Both the position numbers and the translations under genes were made by a program. 64,000 nt of DNA from Eledone cirrhosa (taxonomy: Eukaryota), in assembly GCA_964016885.1 (NCBI GenBank), contig OZ024764.1, positions 1 to 64,000 on the forward strand, in the 5' to 3' direction. This document shows positions 56,686-64,000 of the stretch, one piece after another (position 1 is the stretch's first letter; each line of letters begins with the position of its first letter). The notes under the pieces were generated by a model. It saw only the letters and a program-made list of their open reading frames with translations. It did not search any database and was not told the origin of the DNA.

Positions 56686-57016
56686 GGAGGCACATGGCTT
56701 AGTGGTTAGAGCATTGGCCTTGCAATCGAAAGGTTGTGAGTTCAATTCTCAGACCGGGTGATGTGTTGTTTCCTTGAGCAAGACACTTTATTTCACATTG
56801 CTCCAGTTTACTCAGCTGTAGAAATGAGATGATAGGGACTGGGGTCCCTATCATTCCACTGCAAAGTGGTCGTGGAGGTGCCACGGCAAAAAAGCACCCA
56901 GCACTCACTGTAAATGAGCTTGGTGTTAGGAAGGGCATCCAGCTGTAGAAATCAAGCCAGAATCAGTTCCCGTCCCACCCTTGCAAGCAGGGAAAAGCGG
57001 ACGTAAAATGATGATA
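56686..57016 (+). mobile_element. full-length RTE-tailed tRNA SINE
   Basis: ggaggcacatggcttagtgg head, A/B boxes, tail cccgtcccacccttgcaagcagggaaaagcggacgtaaaatgatgat. Confidence 0.9.
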
Positions 57017-57189
57017 TATATATATACACGCACATAAAGTGATTACACACTTTACAAATTATCCCCTGTGATTGTTTCATGTGTTTATTTTAAATATATA
57101 TATATATGTCAATCAATTTCTAGTTGATATAAAATGCTCGGATCTATTCATTGGAATCTTTGAGCTTATTCTACAGTGAGTATGGCACA

Positions 57190-57355
57190 TGGGACTCCAG
57201 TCCCTATCATCTCATTTCTACAGCTGAGTAAACTGGAGCAATGTGAAATAAAGTGTCTTGCTCAAGGAAACAACACATCACCCGGTCTGAGAATTGAACT
57301 CACAACCTTTCGATTGCAAGGCCAATGCTCTAACCACTAAGCCATGTGCCTCCAT
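57190..57355 (-). mobile_element. 5' half of the same SINE, inverted
   Basis: near-exact reverse complement of 56684-56848. Confidence 0.9.
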
Positions 57356-57737
57356 TATATATCATAAAACATGTCTATAGAATCACCAGATAAAATATAT
57401 ACCATTTCCTATCCCAATTAGCATATAAAAAATCAAATAGACCAGGCTATAAGAATAAGGCTTCTATGAAGAAATCTCCAACAAATAACCGAAACCAGCC
57501 CTTCGCGTCGGCTGCGACGGAATATTTATCGAATATTTCGACAGCGTAATCGCCCAGATATACAGTCAATTAAACAGAATTAGGTGTAAAATAAACTAGG
57601 AGAAAAGAGAATACATATATATATTTATATATAAACCCGTAGAGCAAATATTTTTAACACAGAAACACAGATTAAAAGTTTCAGCAAACAACTTCTGCTT
57701 TCACTGTATATATTTCAGTATATTCTTTCCTCTTCAG

Positions 57738-57840
57738 GAGCGCTAAAGTTGGCCACGTGGTAACCCTGTTGGCACTGCTGGGTCACATTATCACCACGGC
57801 CCTTATAGTACAGTATTTACATGCTCCTATGATACAACTG
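57738..57840 (+). CDS. nrf-6: NRF-6-like exon 11 (TM helix); last exon found in window
   Basis: cctcttcag| acceptor, (K)SAKVGHVVTLLALLGHIITTALIVQYLHAPMIQL; donor either CTG|GTAAGC (57841) or GAC|GTAAGT (57852). Confidence 0.8.
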
Positions 57841-57887
57841 GTAAGCAGGACGTAAGTAGAGAACACCTTTACATTTTCTATGTTGCG

Positions 57888-58211
57888 TGTGTGTGTGTGT
57901 GTATATAGCTGTATGTATGTATTTGTGACCATGTGTGTGTGTGTATAGCTGTATGTATGTATTTGTGACCATGTGTGTGTGTATATAGCTGTATGTATGT
58001 ATTTGTGACCATGTGTGTGTGTATATAGCTGTATGTATGTATTTGTGACCATGTGTGTGTGTATATAGCTGTATGTATGTATTTGTGACCATGTGTGTGT
58101 GTGTATAGCTGTATGTATGTATTTGTGACCATGTGTGTGTGTGTATAGCTGTATGTATGTATTTGTGACCATGTGTGTGTGTGTATAGCTGTATGTATGT
58201 ATTTGTGACCA

Positions 58212-58228
<17 letters not shown>
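57888..58228 (+). repeat. 40-bp minisatellite, about 8 copies
   Basis: gtgtgtgtgtatatagctgtatgtatgtatttgtgaccat. Confidence 0.95.
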
Positions 58229-58268
<40 letters not shown>

Positions 58269-58464
58269 TAATTGTTTCTACTATTGGCACAAGGCCAGCA
58301 AATACCCAGTGTATTACTGGTACTTTATTTTATCGAGCCCGTAAAGATGAAAGGCAAAGTTAACCTCGACGGGATTTGAACTCAGAATGGCAAGGGCCGT
58401 AACTCTATGCATACACACATATATATATATACATACATATATTCATACATACATACATTTATAG

Positions 58465-58518
<54 letters not shown>

Positions 58519-59011
58519 ACAAAATGTATAATAATAATTGTTTCTACTTTAGGCACAAGGCCAGCAATAACCCAGTACATTACTGGTACTTTATTTTATC
58601 GACCCCTGTAAGGATGAAAGGCAAAGTTAACATTGGCGGGATTTGAACTCAGACTGTAAAGGGACGTAACTCTATGCTGCAAAGCATGGCGTCCAACCCT
58701 CTACCGATACTGCCAATCCACCGCCCTTATATATATATGAGATAATGAGATCGAGATCGTGTAGGTGTCACGAGAAAAAAACACACAGTCCACGCTGTAA
58801 TGTGGCCGTGTAGGTAACACGGTAAAAACCTCCCAGTTCACACTGTAAATGTGGTTGGTGTTAGGAAGGGCATCCAGCTGTAGAAAACCTGCCAGATAGT
58901 CCTATATGAGCGAGACACAGTCACCCGACCAGCCTTGCCTCAAGTGGGACAACTCCTGTCTAACCTATGCTAGCGTGGAAGATGGACGTTAAACGATGAT
59001 GATGATGATAA

Positions 59012-59098
<87 letters not shown>

Positions 59099-59160
59099 TA
59101 TGTGTATATATATATGTAGATATATATGTATATATGTATATATATATGTATATAGATATG

Positions 59161-59213
<53 letters not shown>

Positions 59214-59243
59214 AGATCAAAAGATGGTTAAATGAGTTCCATG

Positions 59244-59314
59244 TATTTTATTATGCGCATTTCAAAAACAAATATCATCATGCAATAACATTTGTGTTTT
59301 CATCAGATAAAATA
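59244..59314 (-). ncRNA. minimal type I hammerhead ribozyme
   Basis: minus strand: tattttat-CTGATGA-aaacacaaat..atttgttttt-GAAA-tgcgca-TA-ataaaata. Confidence 0.75.
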
Positions 59315-59436
59315 GGAGGACATGATATGAAGGTTAAAAAACACTTGTGGATAGTGCAGTTTTAAATCAACATATGTAGAGTGCTTCTTATCCGATATCT
59401 GCATTGCTTTATTGTACTACAATAAAACTCACCTCC

Positions 59437-59468
<32 letters not shown>

Positions 59469-59634
59469 TTTTATTAAAATAACAGATTAAAGTTTAAGCA
59501 AAGAATCGCTGCTTTCACCCTTAACGGGATCTTCTGAAACTAACCATTATTATTATTACTATATATTATATTTATTATTTAAATATATTATATTTATTAT
59601 TTATTATATTTATTATTATATAATTTATTATTAT

Positions 59635-59710
<76 letters not shown>

Positions 59711-59715
<5 letters not shown>

Positions 59716-59818
59716 TTTGTCCTTCATCAGTGATCTTCCAACTATCATAGGCATTTCATCGCTTTAAAGATGAAATGCCTATGATAGTTGGAAGATCACT
59801 GATGAAGGACAAACTTTT
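59711..59818. repeat. near-perfect palindrome (about 50-bp arms)
   Basis: aaaagtttgtccttcatcagtgatcttccaactatcataggcatttcatc and its reverse complement. Confidence 0.92.
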
Positions 59819-59854
59819 TTCATATGTAACCCATTTGCAACTCCACAGCGCCCT

Positions 59855-59917
<63 letters not shown>

Positions 59918-60169
59918 ACAATATATATATATAACAATAACAAAATAAGATGCTGAGGTTACATATATCGTTTACACATAATTATTTCCACAGTTCTCCA
60001 TATATTGTCTAGAAGTAGCCATCGAAACGGCTTGAGCTCTGCCGTCGGGGGTCATATTTTTTCCTATATATATATATGGTTAACTTTGCCTTTCATCCTT
60101 ACGGGGTTGATAAAATAAAGTACCAGTAATACACTGGTTAATTGCTGGCCTTGTGCCAAAAGTAGAAAC

Positions 60170-60208
<39 letters not shown>

Positions 60209-60330
60209 ATATTAATATATATATATATTATATGTATATATATATATATATTAATATTATGTGTGTATATGTATATATATATATATATTATATATATATT
60301 ATGTGTGTATATATATATATATATATTATG

Positions 60331-60361
<31 letters not shown>

Positions 60362-60544
60362 TATGTATGTATACATATATATATATATATTATATATTAT
60401 GTATGTATATATATATATATCATCACCATCATCATTTAACGTCCAATTTCCACACTAGCATGGGTTAGACAGGTTGTCCTATTTCAGGTGCCTGTGTCTT
60501 GCTCATAAAGAACTGTTTCTGGCTATATTTATATATATATGTTT

Positions 60545-61310
60545 ACTAGCAGTGGTACCCGGCGTTGCACGGGATAAGGTATTTTGAACGCGGGCCACCA
60601 ACAGACCTAATCGTGGAAAAACTGAATGCCTGGACAATATGTAAAGAAAATAAACCGAATACTCTGATGGCTGGATAATTTTTAAGATTTTCCTTGATGA
60701 AGCAGGAAAAATGCAGGTTTTCACCTAATGCGGGCCCTAGGGGATCAAGAAAACGAATTTTTTTATGTGCATAATATGCCTTGAAATTTCGGGAAAATTG
60801 GCTAGACGTAACACCGTCAAAAGGGCCCTACAAAGCTGAAAAAATAAAGTTTTTCACCTAATGCGGGCCCTACGCCATAAAAAAGTTGGATTTTCTTTGC
60901 TCACGGTATGAAGAAGAGACTGACTAATACATAGTTACAATTTCAAGGAAATCCACTCTGACGTAACAACTCAAGAAAACCCTAAAAACCTGAAAAAACA
61001 CAGTTTTTCAACTAATGCAGGCCCTAGGGGATCAACACACATGTAAAGTTTGAAAAAAGTCGGTTGGGTACTTCTCAAGTTTTAGGGATTCAAACTCACA
61101 GACACACACACACAGACAGACATCCTCAGGGAAGTGACGGAATGCAGACAGTCAGACATACAGACACATATTATAAGGGCGCGACGTTATATGTATGTAT
61201 CTATCTAAAAAGAGAAAGACTAAGAATTATAGAGAGAGATTACTAAATCAGCTAATGTGGTCCCTAGGGCATTAAAAATTTGAAATTTTTTTGCTCAGAA
61301 CACTCCCTGT
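60545..61310 (-). mobile_element. Helitron-like non-autonomous element, second copy
   Basis: actagc..cccggcgttgcacggg end; internal segments shared with 42760-42995; distal boundary uncertain. Confidence 0.6.
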
Positions 61311-61649
61311 CTAAAGGCCGCTGATCACTCAAAGTTGCGTCACTCGACCTTAAATACAGTGTGTCTCTGATCAAATCATCGGAATACTCAGTATTTGATC
61401 AATGAAACAATTGTTAATGCTGTAAATAAAACCCTTTCGTACAGCAGCCGACCATCTTATTCTTCACTCCTTCACTACTATTACTCCAAGAATAACCTAC
61501 CTCGGTATTCTCGTAAACTCGCTACCTAACTATGGAAACCTCTTGTTGAGTCAAACAAAGCCGTATGTTAAAACTATCCACGACACAGAGTACTCACAAC
61601 CTCTAACTGGATTACCTAAAACGATAACTTATTATCCCGTATATATATA

Positions 61650-63745
61650 TATCATCACCATTGTTTAACGTCCATTTTCCACAGTAGTATGGGTTAGATG
61701 GTTTTGTTCCACTTGATGCGGGAATGGTCGGGAGACCGTGTCTCGCTCGCAAGGTTTTTTTTACAGCTGGATGCCCTTCCTAACACCAACCACCTTACTG
61801 TGTCTCCTACACAACCACTTTACAGTGTGGACTGGGAGCCTTTTTACTGTGTCTCCTACATGACCACCTTACAGTGTGGACTGGGAGCCTTTTTACTGTG
61901 TCTCCTACACGACCACTTTACAGTGTGGACTGGGAGCCTTTTTACTGTGTCTCCTACACGACCACTTTACAGTGTGGACTGGGAGCCTTTTTACTGTGTC
62001 TCCTACATGACCTCTTTACAGTGTGGACTGGGAGCCTTTTTACTGTGTCTCCTACATGACCACTTTACAGTGTGGACTGGGAGCCTTTTTACTGTGTCTC
62101 CTACACAACCACTTTACAGTGTGGACTGGGAGCCTTTTTACCGTGTCTCCTACACAACCACCTTACTGTGTGGAATGGGAGCCTTTTTACTGTGTCTCCT
62201 ACATGACCACATTACAGTGTGGACTGGGAGCCTTTTTACTGTGTCTCCTACATGACCATTTTACAGTGTGGACTGGGAGCCTTTTTACTGTGTCTCCTAC
62301 ATGACCACCTTACAGTGTGGACTGGGAGCCTTTTTACTGTGTCTCCTACATGACCACTTTACAGTGTGGACTGGGAGCCTTTTTACTGTGTCTCCTACAT
62401 GACCACCTTACAGTGTGGACTGGGAGCCTTTTTACTGTGTCTCCTACATGACCACCTTACAGTGTGGACTGGGAGCCTTTTTACTGTGTCTCCTACATGA
62501 CCTCTTTACAGTGTGGACTGGGAGCCTTTTTACTGTGTCTCCTACATGACCACTTTACAGTGTGGACTGGGAGCCTTTTTACTGTGTCTCCTACATGACC
62601 ACCTTACAGTGTGGACTGGGAGCCTTTTTACTGTGTCTCCTACATGACCTCTTTACAGTGTGGACTGGGAGCCTTTTTACTGTGTCTCCTACATGACCTC
62701 TTTACAGTGTGGACTGGGAGCCTTTTTACTGTGTCTCCTACATGACCACCTTACAGTGTGGACTGGGAGCCTTTTTACTGTGTCTCCTACATGACCACTT
62801 TACAGTGTGGACTGGGAGCCTTTTTACTGTGTCTCCTACATGACCACTTTACAGTGTGGACTGGGAGCCTTTTTACTGTGTCTCCTACATGACCTCTTTA
62901 CAGTGTGGACTGGGAGCCTTTTTACTGTGTCTCCTACACGACCACTTTACAGTGTGGACTGGGAGCCTTTTTACTGTGTCTCCTACATGACCTCTTTACA
63001 GTGTGGACTGGGAGCCTTTTTACTGTGTCTCCTACACGACCACTTTACAGTGTGGACTGGGAGCCTTTTTACTGTGTCTCCTACACGACCACTTTACAGT
63101 GTGGACTGGGAGCCTTTTTACTGTGTCTCCTACACGACCACTTTACAGTGTGGACTGGGAGCCTTTTTACTGTGTCTCCTACACGACCACTTTACAGTGT
63201 GGACTGGGAGCCTTTTTACTGTGTCTCCTACACGACCACTTTACAGTGTAGACTGGGAGCCTTTTTACTGTGTCTCCTACATGACCTCTTTACAGTGTGA
63301 ACTGGGAGCCTTTTTACCATGTCTCCTACACAACCACTTTACAGTGTGGACTGGGAGCCTTTTTACCGTGTCTCCTACATGACCACTTTACAGTGTGGAC
63401 TGGGAGCCTTTTTACTGTGTCTCCTACACGACCACTTTACAGTGTGGACTGGGAGCCTTTTTACTGTGTCTCCTACATGACCACTTTACAGTGTGGACTG
63501 GGAGCCTTTTTACTGTGTCTCCTACACGGCCACTTTACAGTGTGGACTGGGAGCCTTTTTACTGTGTCTCCTACACGGCCACTTTACAGTGTGGACTGGG
63601 AGCCTTTTTACCATGTCTCCTACACGACCACTTTACAGTGTGGACTGGGAGCCTTTTTACTGTGTCTCCTACATGACCACTTTACAGTGTGGACTGGGAG
63701 CCTTTTTACTGTGTCTCCTACACGACCACTTTACAGTGTGGACTG
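61650..63745 (-). repeat. 49-bp tandem array (61796-63745, about 40 copies) inside an RTE-derived element
   Basis: unit tttactgtgtctcctacatgaccactttacagtgtggactgggagcctt; continues from RTE-type tail and ggatgcccttcctaacaccaac at 61650-61795. Confidence 0.93.
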
Positions 63746-64000
63746 TTGTGTTATCGACACAGCGGACGGAACGGGAGAGAGAGGGTGGGGTAGGGTGTGG
63801 GGGCGGGGTGTACATTGAGTCAAGAGTTGATCTATACGATAAATACACCCAGACTTATGCTGAAATGTAGTTATTGTTAAGAACGGCATCCAGCTATAGA
63901 AAGTTTGCGAAAAAAAGGTTTAGGAGCACCCTTCAGTTGTGTCAAGGACAGAGTAACCTCTCCTGTCTACTTGGAAGTACGTGAAACTGTATGTAAGCGA

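Noticed and set aside
56686-56760. tRNA gene
   Set aside because: A/B boxes are present but there is no acceptor stem or terminator; it is the head of a multi-copy SINE.

Overview
Repeat-dense, AT-rich animal genomic DNA, most likely an octopus (inferred from the SINE/RTE/Nin-domain repeat complement). One + strand gene spans most of the window: an NRF-6-like (NRF domain + acyltransferase-3) membrane protein. I could splice 11 exons by hand (2141-57840, 1809 nt = 603 codons, all GT-AG, phases consistent); its 3' exons were not found and probably lie beyond the window. The introns hold a decayed near-full-length RTE LINE with its partner SINE, clusters of 5'-truncated L1/Tx1-type copies sitting in (TATC)n tracts, Helitron-like, CR1-like and R4-like fragments, a 5S-headed SINE-like chimera, a 22-kb C-rich satellite and several TE-derived minisatellites. 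The most notable unannotated signal is a set of about ten minimal type I hammerhead ribozyme motifs (Penelope-type). They belong to several sequence families, are often arranged as inverted repeats, and include a compensatory U3-A8 core variant. The two 7,400-aa ORFs are satellite artefacts.
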